DNA of 64,000 nucleotides from Escherichia coli (GTDB lineage Bacteria; Pseudomonadota; Gammaproteobacteria; Enterobacterales; Enterobacteriaceae): NCBI RefSeq assembly GCF_044324875.1, contig NZ_CP172185.1; one strand, 5' to 3'. Shown piece by piece: positions 54,831 to 64,000 of this stretch (position 1 is its first letter; each line of letters starts with the position of its first letter). The notes under the pieces were generated by a model. It saw only the letters and a program-made list of their open reading frames with translations, ran no database searches and was not told where the DNA came from. The position numbers and the translations under genes were made by a program.

Positions 54831-55904
54831 ATGACAGAGAAAAGAAGAACCCGCTGGCAGCGGCGGCCAGGCACGACGGGCGGCAAATTACCGTGGAATG
54901 ACTGGCGCAATGCCACGACCTGGCGTAAAGCGACGCAATTATTGCTGTTGGCAATGAATATTTATATTGCCATCACGTTCTGGTATTGGGTGCGCTATTA
55001 CGAAACGGCAGGTAGTACGACATTTGTCGCCAGACCGGGAGGTATCGAAGGCTGGCTACCGATTGCCGGTCTGATGAATCTGAAATATAGCCTTGCAACA
55101 GGTCAGTTACCGTCCGTCCACGCCGCCGCGATGCTGTTATTGGTCGCTTTTATCGTCATCAGTCTATTACTCAAAAAGGCCTTTTGTTCATGGTTATGCC
55201 CGGTTGGTACGCTTTCTGAATTAATCGGCGATCTCGGTAACAAACTGTTTGGTCGGCAATGTGTCCTTCCCCGCTGGCTGGATATTCCTCTGCGCGGCGT
55301 GAAGTATTTGCTGTTGAGTTTTTTTCTCTATATTGCGTTATTGATGCCCGCTCAGGCGATTCACTATTTTATGTTGTCGCCCTACAGCGTGGTGATGGAC
55401 GTTAAAATGCTCGATTTCTTTCGCCATATGGGGACAGCGACATTAATCAGCGTGATCGTTTTGCTGATTGCCAGCCTGTTTATTCGCCATGCCTGGTGTC
55501 GTTATCTTTGCCCATATGGCGCGCTGATGGGCGTGGTTTCGCTATTATCACCGTTTAAAATTCGTCGCAATGCCGAAAGTTGTATCGATTGTGGCAAATG
55601 CGCAAAAAATTGCCCATCGCGGATCCCGGTCGATAAATTAATTCAGGTACGAACCGTGGAATGTACCGGTTGTATGACTTGCGTAGAGTCATGTCCGGTA
55701 GCCTCAACATTGACCTTTTCACTGCAAAAACCTGCGGCAAATAAAAAAGCCTTTGCGTTGTCTGGCTGGTTAATGACGCTACTGGTTCTGGGGATTATGT
55801 TTGCGGTGATTGGTTACGCAATGTATTCGGGAGTATGGCAAAGCCCGGTGCCGGAGGAATTGTACCGACGCTTAATTCCGCAAGCGACAATGATTGGGCA
55901 CTAA
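54831..55904 (+). CDS. yccM: Membrane 4Fe-4S ferredoxin-type protein YccM
   Basis: 357-aa ORF with Cys clusters CIDCGKCAKNCP and CTGCMTCVESCP. Confidence 0.9.
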   Translation: MTEKRRTRWQRRPGTTGGKLPWNDWRNATTWRKATQLLLLAMNIYIAITFWYWVRYYETAGSTTFVARPGGIEGWLPIAGLMNLKYSLATGQLPSVHAAAMLLLVAFIVISLLLKKAFCSWLCPVGTLSELIGDLGNKLFGRQCVLPRWLDIPLRGVKYLLLSFFLYIALLMPAQAIHYFMLSPYSVVMDVKMLDFFRHMGTATLISVIVLLIASLFIRHAWCRYLCPYGALMGVVSLLSPFKIRRNAESCIDCGKCAKNCPSRIPVDKLIQVRTVECTGCMTCVESCPVASTLTFSLQKPAANKKAFALSGWLMTLLVLGIMFAVIGYAMYSGVWQSPVPEELYRRLIPQATMIGH

Positions 55905-55952
55905 ATTAGCAACAAGCGGAACATCACCTCGCACGGGGTGATGTTCACAAAA

Positions 55953-56126
55953 TCACATTATTTTGATTTTGACATCATAACTTTCAAGCCCGGTCATTTT
56001 TTCTCGTGCGGTGAAGCGAATTTCAGAGACTTCTTTCCCTGTATTCTTGTTCAGCTCGGCGATTTTTTGCGCGATAAAGTCGGCGATTTCCGTTTCGGCT
56101 TGTTTTTTTAACTCTTCAATATTCAC
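55953..56126 (-). CDS. gnsA: GnsA (GTG start)
   Basis: Hand translation of minus strand gives (V/M)NIEELKKQAETEIADFIAQKIAELNKNTGKEVSEIRFTAREKMTGLESYDVKIKIM. Confidence 0.8.
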   Translation of the reverse strand: MNIEELKKQAETEIADFIAQKIAELNKNTGKEVSEIRFTAREKMTGLESYDVKIKIM

Positions 56127-56346
56127 TGTTAACCTCTTCTGGTCTTAAAAGACAGCAACACGCCAGTAAGGTGTTGGTTCCCGGTACCCTGGTCAGGTAA
56201 GAAATGTTATAAGCCATCTCCCCGAAAGATTCAATAATCAACAGGTTATCGCTTACTATACATACAGCGTTGAAGAAAAATAAGGCAGATATAAAAAAGG
56301 CTCCACGAGGGAGCCTGATATTATTTTGTGAAATCCAGCGGCGCAT
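56116..56346 (-). CDS. ymcE: Small membrane protein YmcE (Sfa)
   Basis: MRRWISQNNIRLPRGAFFISALFFFNAVCIVSDNLLIIESFGEMAYNISYLTRVPGTNTLLACCCLLRPEEVNSEY. Confidence 0.8.
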   Translation of the reverse strand: MRRWISQNNIRLPRGAFFISALFFFNAVCIVSDNLLIIESFGEMAYNISYLTRVPGTNTLLACCCLLRPEEVNSEY

Positions 56347-56519
56347 GGTCAGTGCGTATTTGCAGCGCGACGTTATCAAAGGTGATCATCGTCGATTTAC
56401 AAAAAATACACTTTGCCCCTAAAGGATTTCGCTCCGTCACATCAAATGCCGATGTGCGGTACTGTGAACCATGACAACATGGACAGCGGAAATGGAGATG
56501 TTGAGTAATAACGGCAACC

Positions 56520-56732
56520 TTAGAGCGTAACAACGTTCGCTGCCGCAGGGCCACGTTGCCCCTGCTCAATAGAAAATTCAACTTTCTGATTTTCGTTCAG
56601 CGTGCGGAATTCATTGCTCTGGATGGCGGTGAAATGGACGAAAACGTCTTTGCTGCCATCATCAGGAGTGATAAAGCCAAAACCTTTATCTGCGTTAAAC
56701 CATTTTACTAAACCAGTCATTTTATTAGACAT
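56520..56732 (-). CDS. cspG: Cold-shock protein CspG
   Basis: [70 protein letters not shown]. Confidence 0.95.
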   Translation of the reverse strand: MSNKMTGLVKWFNADKGFGFITPDDGSKDVFVHFTAIQSNEFRTLNENQKVEFSIEQGQRGPAAANVVTL

Positions 56733-57017
56733 ATTTTACTTCCTTCATTTTGGGCCTTTCGGCAAACAGGGCTTTAATACAGAAACTACTTAGTGTTCAG
56801 GAGAGAGACTCAAAAGAAGGGGATAATGCCTGATAATGAGAACTGCTTTAGTAAACTACTTTGTATGCTGTCTGTCTTTCAAACCGACGCAGCTATTAAC
56901 GCATGATAATTGAGATTAAGCAAATTTTATTTTAGCCGTCCGGCGGTCTTAAATATCGCTGGCTTTATTTTATTAACCCCGTATAGTGCAGCGCAGTATT
57001 TTCAGTAAGGAATTTGT

Positions 57018-57230
57018 TTGTCCCGTAAAATGACAGGAATTGTCAAAACCTTTGATCGCAAAAGCGGCAAAGGATTCATTATCCCCTCCGACGGTCGTAA
57101 AAAAGTCCAGGTCCATATTTCCGCATTCACTCCCCGCGACGCAGAAGTGCTTATACCAGGATTACGTGTGGAATTTTGCCGCGTAAATGGCCTGCGAGGA
57201 CCAACAGCGGCAAATGTTTATTTGTCTTGA
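57018..57230 (+). CDS. cspH: Cold-shock-like protein CspH (TTG start)
   Basis: (TTG)[37 protein letters not shown]...[10 protein letters not shown]; frame and stop at 57228-57230 verified by hand. Confidence 0.9.
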   Translation: MSRKMTGIVKTFDRKSGKGFIIPSDGRKKVQVHISAFTPRDAEVLIPGLRVEFCRVNGLRGPTAANVYLS

Positions 57231-58528
57231 TGGAGAGCGCACGCCGGTATGCGTGCTTCATTCACGATTTGCGTAAAACCTGCCAACGAACACATGCCCT
57301 GCGCATTTCGCTCTTCACATCCTGCCAGGGTCAGTTTCACCTCTCCGGGCGGCGTATTTAATGACAGCGGCGTTTTATCACGCATCTGCTGTAAAGTCTG
57401 GAAGACCAGCGAAACCTGAATCCACTGGCTGTTATCGCTTAGCCGACGCCAGCGTTCAAACACCAGTTCCCCCCCTGGCGGCGTGTTATCCGGCTGACCT
57501 GGAAGCGTCCAGTTGAGCTCCAGTGCGCCGCCGAGATTTGCCAGATTAGTATCGTGTCCGGCGATAAACAGCACTGAAGTGGGTAATGTTACACCATACG
57601 CCTGTTTTTGCGGTGGATGGGGCGTCAACGCTGTCATGATCAAATCCAACAACGGGGTGGCGCGGCTGCGGGCAACCTCTGGCGTGCGTTGTAGCAAATA
57701 AAACTGCGCGTTATGCAAACTTAGCAACGTGTTCCACTGGTGTGAATCGGTGATCCTTCCCCACCCCGGCTCCGGCATTCCCTGTGCTTGTTGCAGGAGA
57801 AATATTTCCGTCAGCATTGATGCGAGGCTTACCGCACCGGTTAATGAGACATTGTCGGCGCTCACCTTGAGTTCCGATGGTAATGCCTGCGTTAATGAAC
57901 AGCTTTTGTCCTGTTTCTCACGGTTAAGGCACAAGTTTGATTGCGGGAAATTAAGCACCCGTTCCAGTTCGCGAAACGCCGTTTGCCGATGCCCGGTAAA
58001 GTCAGCAATTGACCCTCCTGCCCTGCTGAGGATCGCGTCAGTCACGTTCGCGTTATCCAGTTGGCAAACGCCAGTTTTTAGAGGATTAAATAACGGATCG
58101 GGACTGGACGTATCTGCCTGGGTATGTACGGTTATTGCACAGTCAGGTGCCAGCCCGGCGGCGAAGGCTTCGCCTGTTTTACGGGTACGCTCGTCGACAT
58201 CAGCAATAATCGCGACCTGACCAGACTGCGGGCAGCCCTTTTTCGCCAGCAATCCATCGGCTACCAGACGCTGGCGTTGGTAATGTCCGAGATAGGCGAT
58301 TAGCTCACCACCGCGCGGTGTCAGCCATCCCAGTTTTACCGGCCATGTTGGCCATGCGTCTGGGGTGACATCCTGCATCAGTTGCGTGGCCTTGGTTGGG
58401 GCACGCACACCATGACGACTGACAATCACCACACTTTCCAGCTTCAGCTCCGGCTCACTCTGAGCGAATGCAGATTGCGGGGTGAACGGAATCAGAAGAG
58501 ATAAGAATGGGATCAAGATCGCTTTCAT
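57218..58528 (-). CDS. appA: Periplasmic phytase / pH 2.5 acid phosphatase AppA, with altered C-terminus
   Basis: [45 protein letters not shown]...; ends ...[10 protein letters not shown] (K-12 ends IPACSL as recalled); stop TAA is complement of 57218-57220, overlapping cspH 3' end. Confidence 0.9.
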   Translation of the reverse strand: MKAILIPFLSLLIPFTPQSAFAQSEPELKLESVVIVSRHGVRAPTKATQLMQDVTPDAWPTWPVKLGWLTPRGGELIAYLGHYQRQRLVADGLLAKKGCPQSGQVAIIADVDERTRKTGEAFAAGLAPDCAITVHTQADTSSPDPLFNPLKTGVCQLDNANVTDAILSRAGGSIADFTGHRQTAFRELERVLNFPQSNLCLNREKQDKSCSLTQALPSELKVSADNVSLTGAVSLASMLTEIFLLQQAQGMPEPGWGRITDSHQWNTLLSLHNAQFYLLQRTPEVARSRATPLLDLIMTALTPHPPQKQAYGVTLPTSVLFIAGHDTNLANLGGALELNWTLPGQPDNTPPGGELVFERWRRLSDNSQWIQVSLVFQTLQQMRDKTPLSLNTPPGEVKLTLAGCEERNAQGMCSLAGFTQIVNEARIPACALHQDK

Positions 58529-58566
58529 CGATATGTTTCCGCTTTTCATATCTGACATTATTGATT

Positions 58567-58598
58567 GCCTGATGCGACGCTAATGCGCCTCATCAGGC
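58567..58598. repeat. REP element
   Basis: gcctgatgcgacgctaatgcgcctcatcaggc. Confidence 0.6.
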
Positions 58599-58607
58599 TT
58601 ACGTTCG

Positions 58608-58700
58608 TTAACTTTTCAGACGCGGGTCCAGCCATACCAACACAAGGGTGGAGAGCGAACACATCAACAAAATGCCGACGAACCAAAGTAAATACCACAT
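58608..58700 (-). CDS. appX: Small membrane protein AppX (cytochrome bd-II accessory subunit)
   Basis: Hand translation: MWYLLWFVGILLMCSLSTLVLVWLDPRLKS, 30 aa. Confidence 0.8.
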   Translation of the reverse strand: MWYLLWFVGILLMCSLSTLVLVWLDPRLKS

Positions 58701-58712
58701 TGTTCCTGCTCC

Positions 58713-59849
58713 TTAGTACAGCTCGTTTTCGTTACGGCGGAGAGTTTCTGTCGTCATGCGCCCCCACATTTTGTAGTAGCTCCAGAGAGTGTAGAGCAAC
58801 ACAATGGGCAAAAATATCAGCACGATTACCAACATAATGCTCAGCGTCAGCTGACTGGAAGTACTGTCCCACAACGTCAGGCTGGAGATCGGACTCACGC
58901 TTGACGGCATGACAAAGGGGAACAGCGTGATGCCTGCCGTGAAAATCACGCCAAATTGCATCAATGACGCCATCAAAAATCCCCAACCCGGGCGACCACG
59001 ATAAATCGCCATCACCGTCAGCAATGGGCAGAAGAACCCCAGCAGCGGGAAGATCCACAGAACGGGCGATTCGACGAAATTATTCATCCAGGCACCAGGT
59101 AGCACTGCCACCAGTTTCATTAACGGATTGGAAGGACCGTTAGCATCCTGGGCGAGCAGTACAAAGCCATCAATACCGACCCACAGCCAGTAACCCGCCA
59201 GCAAAAAGCAGAGCATCACCAGCAGTGCGGCGCGTTTGGTCGCCAGCTGTGAACGCAGATGAATCGCACCAACAGTTTTTAGTTGTAACCAGACGCCACC
59301 TTGCAAAATCACCATCCCAAGGCTGAGCAATCCGCACAATAAAGGGAATGGCGTCAGCAGTTGCCAAAAGCTGCCGAGATATTCCACGCGTAATTGCGGT
59401 GTGAAGGCAAACGGCACGCCGAGCAGCAAGTTGCCGAAGGCAATACCGAAGACTACCGGCGGTACCAGACTGCCGATGACCAGTCCGGCATCCCACATTT
59501 TACGCCAGCGTGCATCGGCGATTTTTCCGCGATAATCGAAGGCCAGCGGGCGGAAGAACAGCGAGCACAGCACCAGAATCATCGCCACATAAAAGCCGGA
59601 AAACGCCGCTGCATACACTCTGGGCCAGGCGGCAAATAATGCCCCACCTGCGAGGATTAACCAGACCTGATTGCCTTCCCAGTGCGCGCCAACGCTGTTT
59701 ATCACTATCCGGCGTTCATCATCATTACGCGCCACCAGCGGCAGCAGACAGCCGATCCCCATGTCAAATCCATCGGAGATCATAAAGACCACCAGGATCA
59801 CGCCAATCAGCAGCCACCAGATGAAGCGCAATGTTTCATAATCAAACAT
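58713..59849 (-). CDS. appB: Cytochrome bd-II ubiquinol oxidase subunit II
   Basis: 378-aa polytopic [36 protein letters not shown]... Confidence 0.95.
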   Translation of the reverse strand: MFDYETLRFIWWLLIGVILVVFMISDGFDMGIGCLLPLVARNDDERRIVINSVGAHWEGNQVWLILAGGALFAAWPRVYAAAFSGFYVAMILVLCSLFFRPLAFDYRGKIADARWRKMWDAGLVIGSLVPPVVFGIAFGNLLLGVPFAFTPQLRVEYLGSFWQLLTPFPLLCGLLSLGMVILQGGVWLQLKTVGAIHLRSQLATKRAALLVMLCFLLAGYWLWVGIDGFVLLAQDANGPSNPLMKLVAVLPGAWMNNFVESPVLWIFPLLGFFCPLLTVMAIYRGRPGWGFLMASLMQFGVIFTAGITLFPFVMPSSVSPISSLTLWDSTSSQLTLSIMLVIVLIFLPIVLLYTLWSYYKMWGRMTTETLRRNENELY

Positions 59850-59860
59850 GATTTTCTCCT

Positions 59861-61405
59861 TTACCCCTGTTGCTGCGTCGGTTGTTCACTCTGCATCGCG
59901 CTCGGCCCCAGACGGGCATATTTCTGCATCAGGTAGACTTCGGCGATTAAGAACAGGGTGTAAAGCCCTACGATCATGATCAGTGAGAAAGCCAGTTGTC
60001 CTGTGGTTAAAGCGGAGTGCGCGGAGTATGTCGGTAAGATGTCCTGTATCGCCCACGGCTGACGACCAAACTCGGTCATAAACCACCCGGCTTCAATCGC
60101 AATCCACGGCAGCGGCAAACTCGAGAGCGCCATTTTCAGCACCCAGCGATGCTGGTCAATTTTGCCACGCAGCGTCTGGACAAGCGCAATCAGCATCACC
60201 AGTAGCAGCAGAGAACCACAGCCCACCATGATGCGGAAACTCCAGAATACCGGCGCAACCTGAGGTATCGCGCCACGCATCGCCGCCTGGTACTGTGCAG
60301 CTGTGACATGATTCATATCCGGCGCATAGCGGGAGAGTAACATGCCGTAACCAAGGTCGCCTTCCAGCTCCCGGAATGCCTGCAACACATGCGGCTCACG
60401 ATTGCCTTGCGATATTTCCTGCATTAACAGCCAGGCCATACGTCCGCGTTGCAAGCGTGGGTAGGTTTCAGCCATCAAATTCTTCAGACCCGGCACGGGT
60501 TTATCTAATGAGTGAGTGGCGAGGATCCCTAGCAGCGCAGGAATTTTGATGGCAAAGGCGTTACGCTCTTGATCCTGTTCCGGCCAGGCAACCACATGGA
60601 ACGGTGCAGGTGCAGGTTCCGTTTGCCACTCCCCTTCCATTGCCGCCAGTTTTACCGGTTGTACTTGCGCGACTTCATACGCCGAACTATCTCCGAGTTG
60701 CAGCGTACCGATAATCGCCAGAGTACCGAAGACGGAACCGATGGCAAACGAGCGTAATGCAACATCGCGCTCCCGTCCGCGCAGTAAATACCAGGCGCTG
60801 ATCGCCATAATAAACATGGCCCCGGTCACGTAGCCCGCCATTACGGTGTGCACAAATTTCACCTGGCTGACCGGGTTAAAGACCAGCTCGCTGAAGCTGG
60901 TCATTTCCATACGAAGGGTGTCGATATCAAAATGCGCACCGGTCGGGTATTGCATCCAACCGTTGGCATTCAATATCCACAACGCAGAGAGATTTGAACC
61001 GAACGCCACCAGCCACGTCACCAGCAGGTGCTGGTATTTATTCAGCCGTTGCCAGCCGAAGAAGAACAGCCCGACAAAGGTGGATTCGAGGAAGAAGGCC
61101 ATTAATGCTTCCATCGCCAGCGGTGCGCCAAAAATATCGCCCACATAGTTGGAATAGAATGACCAGTTAGTACCAAACTGAAACTCCATGGTCAGGCCGG
61201 TAGCCACGCCAAGAGCAAAGTTGATACCGAAGAGCTTACCCCAGAAGCGCGTCATATCGCGGTAGATCGTTTTGCCGGTGACCACATAAATGGTTTCCAT
61301 GATAGCCAGCAAAAAAATCAGCCCCAGGGTAAGGGGTACAAATAAAAAGTGATACAGCGCGGTCAGAGCAAACTGCCAGCGCGATAAATCAATGACATCC
61401 CACAT
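59861..61405 (-). CDS. appC: Cytochrome bd-II ubiquinol oxidase subunit I
   Basis: [41 protein letters not shown]... Confidence 0.95.
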   Translation of the reverse strand: MWDVIDLSRWQFALTALYHFLFVPLTLGLIFLLAIMETIYVVTGKTIYRDMTRFWGKLFGINFALGVATGLTMEFQFGTNWSFYSNYVGDIFGAPLAMEALMAFFLESTFVGLFFFGWQRLNKYQHLLVTWLVAFGSNLSALWILNANGWMQYPTGAHFDIDTLRMEMTSFSELVFNPVSQVKFVHTVMAGYVTGAMFIMAISAWYLLRGRERDVALRSFAIGSVFGTLAIIGTLQLGDSSAYEVAQVQPVKLAAMEGEWQTEPAPAPFHVVAWPEQDQERNAFAIKIPALLGILATHSLDKPVPGLKNLMAETYPRLQRGRMAWLLMQEISQGNREPHVLQAFRELEGDLGYGMLLSRYAPDMNHVTAAQYQAAMRGAIPQVAPVFWSFRIMVGCGSLLLLVMLIALVQTLRGKIDQHRWVLKMALSSLPLPWIAIEAGWFMTEFGRQPWAIQDILPTYSAHSALTTGQLAFSLIMIVGLYTLFLIAEVYLMQKYARLGPSAMQSEQPTQQQG

Positions 61406-61538
61406 GCGCACTCCTGTAGGCGAAGAGAGAAAAATAACCCGATAATGGTAGATCTCCCTCTTTATCCTGAAACTCTACGACCAGAGGTATTCGCCGATTG
61501 CGATATTCATAAGACTGAAAGCGATACTTACCGTCTTT

Positions 61539-62396
61539 TTACGTCGGTGCAGCTTCCGCCAGCCACTGACATACCTCGCTAAGCCGCTGCGCAGAGTCGA
61601 CCAAATCTTCTGGCGCTGCCAGCACCACTTCCGGTATTGGGCAGATTTCATAACTTTCCAGTAAAGGGCCTTTTAAGGTGTCCGTACAGCGTAAATGCCA
61701 GACATGGCGTAACCCCGTGGCGTTGATATAGCTCTCGCCATAGCCAATGGTACGAATCTGAATATTTCCCGGCCCACAGAGACGTGAGAGAAAAAGCCGG
61801 TCAGCCTCGCTGATGGGTAATTGCGTCAGATTAATGCTGTGCGGCTGCGCGTCGGGGTTACGTACATGCGCCAGTAACTCATGCGCCAACGGTAGGCCAT
61901 TCATCAGGCCATCAATGGGCGGCGGTAACAGCGAATCTGTCGGCAAGAGATTTTGCGTTGCCGCCTGCCACAACGCCAGCGGCGCGCAGCCAGCCTCCAG
62001 TTTGTCCTCCAGCAACTTTTCGCCGCGACGTCTGCGCACCCGCCATAATCCGCAGAAGATCGCCTCCTGTATTTCACTTTCACTGTCGTCAGCCTGCTGA
62101 ATGCGCACTGACACTTCCCCTTCCCCGAGAAGTGTATTGATAAAGTGACGATCGTCGGCGTTGAGATTTAACAGATCGACTGCCAGCACCTCGCCCAACG
62201 GCGGCTGGCATTCGCTTAGTTGATGTTGTAACTCGTTTAACAGCGCAATCACCTGCGGGCTGTGAGCACATTGCTCCAGGGCCGCCATACTCGGTTCACC
62301 ATTCACCCGACAGGTGATCGGCAGTGGATTCATGCTGAAACTGTCATCGTCAGGTTGCGTTCCTGGCCCCAGCAGATGGAAAAAAGTTTCGCTCAT
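61539..62396 (-). CDS. hyaF: Hydrogenase-1 operon protein HyaF
   Basis: [29 protein letters not shown]...; start overlaps hyaE stop. Confidence 0.9.
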   Translation of the reverse strand: MSETFFHLLGPGTQPDDDSFSMNPLPITCRVNGEPSMAALEQCAHSPQVIALLNELQHQLSECQPPLGEVLAVDLLNLNADDRHFINTLLGEGEVSVRIQQADDSESEIQEAIFCGLWRVRRRRGEKLLEDKLEAGCAPLALWQAATQNLLPTDSLLPPPIDGLMNGLPLAHELLAHVRNPDAQPHSINLTQLPISEADRLFLSRLCGPGNIQIRTIGYGESYINATGLRHVWHLRCTDTLKGPLLESYEICPIPEVVLAAPEDLVDSAQRLSEVCQWLAEAAPT

Positions 62397-62791
62397 GAGG
62401 CACGCTCCTGCTGCGGTTCGACAAGTCCGCGCATCAGGTTTATCAGTTCCGCCCACGGGTGAATACCATTCAGCACGCCGCGATAATTTCCGCCGGTAAA
62501 TACTAATGTGGCGGGAAAGCGAAAGACGCCAAAGCGATCGCCGATGGCTTCGCTTTGCTCAAGGTCAGCAATCGCTACCTGCCATGTATAATCGGGAAAC
62601 TCGCGCAATAATTCGCCAATCATTACCGGATTATCGCTGACCTCTGGCGTGCGTTTCGGGTCACTGCTTAATAACACCACGCCGTCTGGCGCTTGCGTAA
62701 GCCAGTCGTCAAGACGGGATTCACTGACCGGCGTCCAGCCGCGCGCCAGCATTCGTTGCCACAACGCATCAAATGGCGTGTCGTTGCTCAT
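62393..62791 (-). CDS. hyaE: Hydrogenase-1 operon protein HyaE
   Basis: 132-aa [34 protein letters not shown]... Confidence 0.9.
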   Translation of the reverse strand: MSNDTPFDALWQRMLARGWTPVSESRLDDWLTQAPDGVVLLSSDPKRTPEVSDNPVMIGELLREFPDYTWQVAIADLEQSEAIGDRFGVFRFPATLVFTGGNYRGVLNGIHPWAELINLMRGLVEPQQERAS

Positions 62792-63375
62792 CCCTGCTCC
62801 TCCAGTGTCATCCGGTACTGGCGCAAGCGAACGCCTTCGTAATTTTCCATCGACAGACAGTCATAATTGAGACAGCGCGATTCATTAGCCGGTTGCGGCA
62901 CTATTCCCCACGCAGCCAACTGCGCCAGCGCCGCCTGTTCCGCAGCGGGCAGTTGCTCCCGCGCCAGTTCGCTCAGGCTACCGCCGTAGTCGTCGAGCAT
63001 TGCGGGTTGCAGACCGACGAGGGCAATATGTGCTGGCAGATGTCCGCGGATATCTGCCAGCGCCAGCACTTCGGAGAAGCTGTTCTGGTGCAGACTCATT
63101 TTCTTCGCGCTGAGATAAGCCGGAATGCGTTCTCCGGCATATGTTCGCAGCGTTCCGGGTTCCAGCCCGTAATCAATGGCGTCGAGAATCAGCAAGTGGC
63201 TGGCGCTTTCGACATACCCCAGCAAGTTCAGTCCCTGAGTGCCGCCATCAACAATCTCGACTTCATCGGGCCAGTGGTAATGGGCATACAACCGTTCCGC
63301 CACCCGCACGCCGAAGCCTTCATCGGCCCACAGCAGATTGCCCAGCCCCATTACCACCACGCGTTGCTCGCTCAT
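62788..63375 (-). CDS. hyaD: Hydrogenase-1 maturation protease HyaD
   Basis: 195-aa [32 protein letters not shown]... Confidence 0.9.
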   Translation of the reverse strand: MSEQRVVVMGLGNLLWADEGFGVRVAERLYAHYHWPDEVEIVDGGTQGLNLLGYVESASHLLILDAIDYGLEPGTLRTYAGERIPAYLSAKKMSLHQNSFSEVLALADIRGHLPAHIALVGLQPAMLDDYGGSLSELAREQLPAAEQAALAQLAAWGIVPQPANESRCLNYDCLSMENYEGVRLRQYRMTLEEQG

Positions 63376-64000
63376 GAACGCTCCTTGTTACTTATTTTGC
63401 CAAATTTGTGGCTACGGTAGCCGTTGACCATGGTGGAGATCACTGTGTCGTCGGACATGATGTCTTCACGCAGCGCCATGTAGACATGACCGATCACAAA
63501 CGCGCCAATCAGCCACATCCCCAGCCGATGCCAGCTGTGAATGTCCATTGAGTTGCCGCCCGTCCAGTAGAAAAATTCCACCACATAACGGAACGGCGCA
63601 AAAATAGCGTACTGGCTGTGTTCGCTGTAGAGCGCAAAGCCGGTGATGATCATAAAAACTGACATCAGGAAATAGCCGAACATCGCCGCCTGGGCGATGG
63701 GGTTATGGCCTATATCGGCACTCGGACGTTTTGCCAGAAACAGATACCAGCGGATTTCATACCACACGCCCTGCCACCAGCTTTTACGCCATACCGGCAC
63801 GATAAACAGCTCGCGGGAGTAACGATTGCCAACAAAAGCCCAGTAGATCCGCATCAGCAAGACCACGGTAAAAATCATCCCGGCGCTGAAGTGAATTAAC
63901 CTGATGTAGCCCATATAGAACAGATACGTCGCCTCGCCGCTGACGGAAGGTAGCGGCTTGCCGATAAAGTAACCGGTGACCATCAACACCGCCATGCATA
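63372..64000 (-). CDS. hyaC: Hydrogenase-1 b-type cytochrome subunit HyaC; C-terminal part, 5' end beyond window
   Basis: Frame open to window end; ...[40 protein letters not shown]...[12 protein letters not shown]. Confidence 0.9.
   Translation of the reverse strand, partial: CMAVLMVTGYFIGKPLPSVSGEATYLFYMGYIRLIHFSAGMIFTVVLLMRIYWAFVGNRYSRELFIVPVWRKSWWQGVWYEIRWYLFLAKRPSADIGHNPIAQAAMFGYFLMSVFMIITGFALYSEHSQYAIFAPFRYVVEFFYWTGGNSMDIHSWHRLGMWLIGAFVIGHVYMALREDIMSDDTVISTMVNGYRSHKFGKISNKERS

Overview
Enterobacterial, Escherichia coli-type chromosomal DNA, annotated by reading the six-frame translations and the raw sequence only (no database search was run). Positions ~1-20.9 kb are an accessory, mosaic block: a GC-rich raffinose cluster (rafR-rafA-rafB-rafD) extended by a Crr-like EIIA and a fructokinase; an IS2 copy whose transposase carries an in-frame amber codon; degenerate gene fragments; a visibly AT-rich cargo segment with a 607-aa orphan protein beside an AlpA-type regulator and a split P-loop gene; an IS21-family element; a P4-type tyrosine integrase; and two tandem att-like repeats carrying the 3' end of tRNA-Ser. 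Positions ~22-64 kb are conserved core genes in K-12-like order (phoH, efeBOU, putP/putA, rutRABCDEFG, ymdF, wrbA, yccJ, agp, yccE, cbpAM, torDAC/torRTS, yccM, gnsA, ymcE, cspG/cspH, appAXBC, hyaFEDC). Differences from K-12 as I recall it: rutE has an in-frame amber codon, efeU is intact, and appA and cspH overlap at their 3' ends with the gfc/etk block absent. The best candidate for an undescribed system is the 607-aa orphan gene at 12687-14510; its function could not be assigned from sequence. No CRISPR array, rRNA or complete tRNA gene was found.
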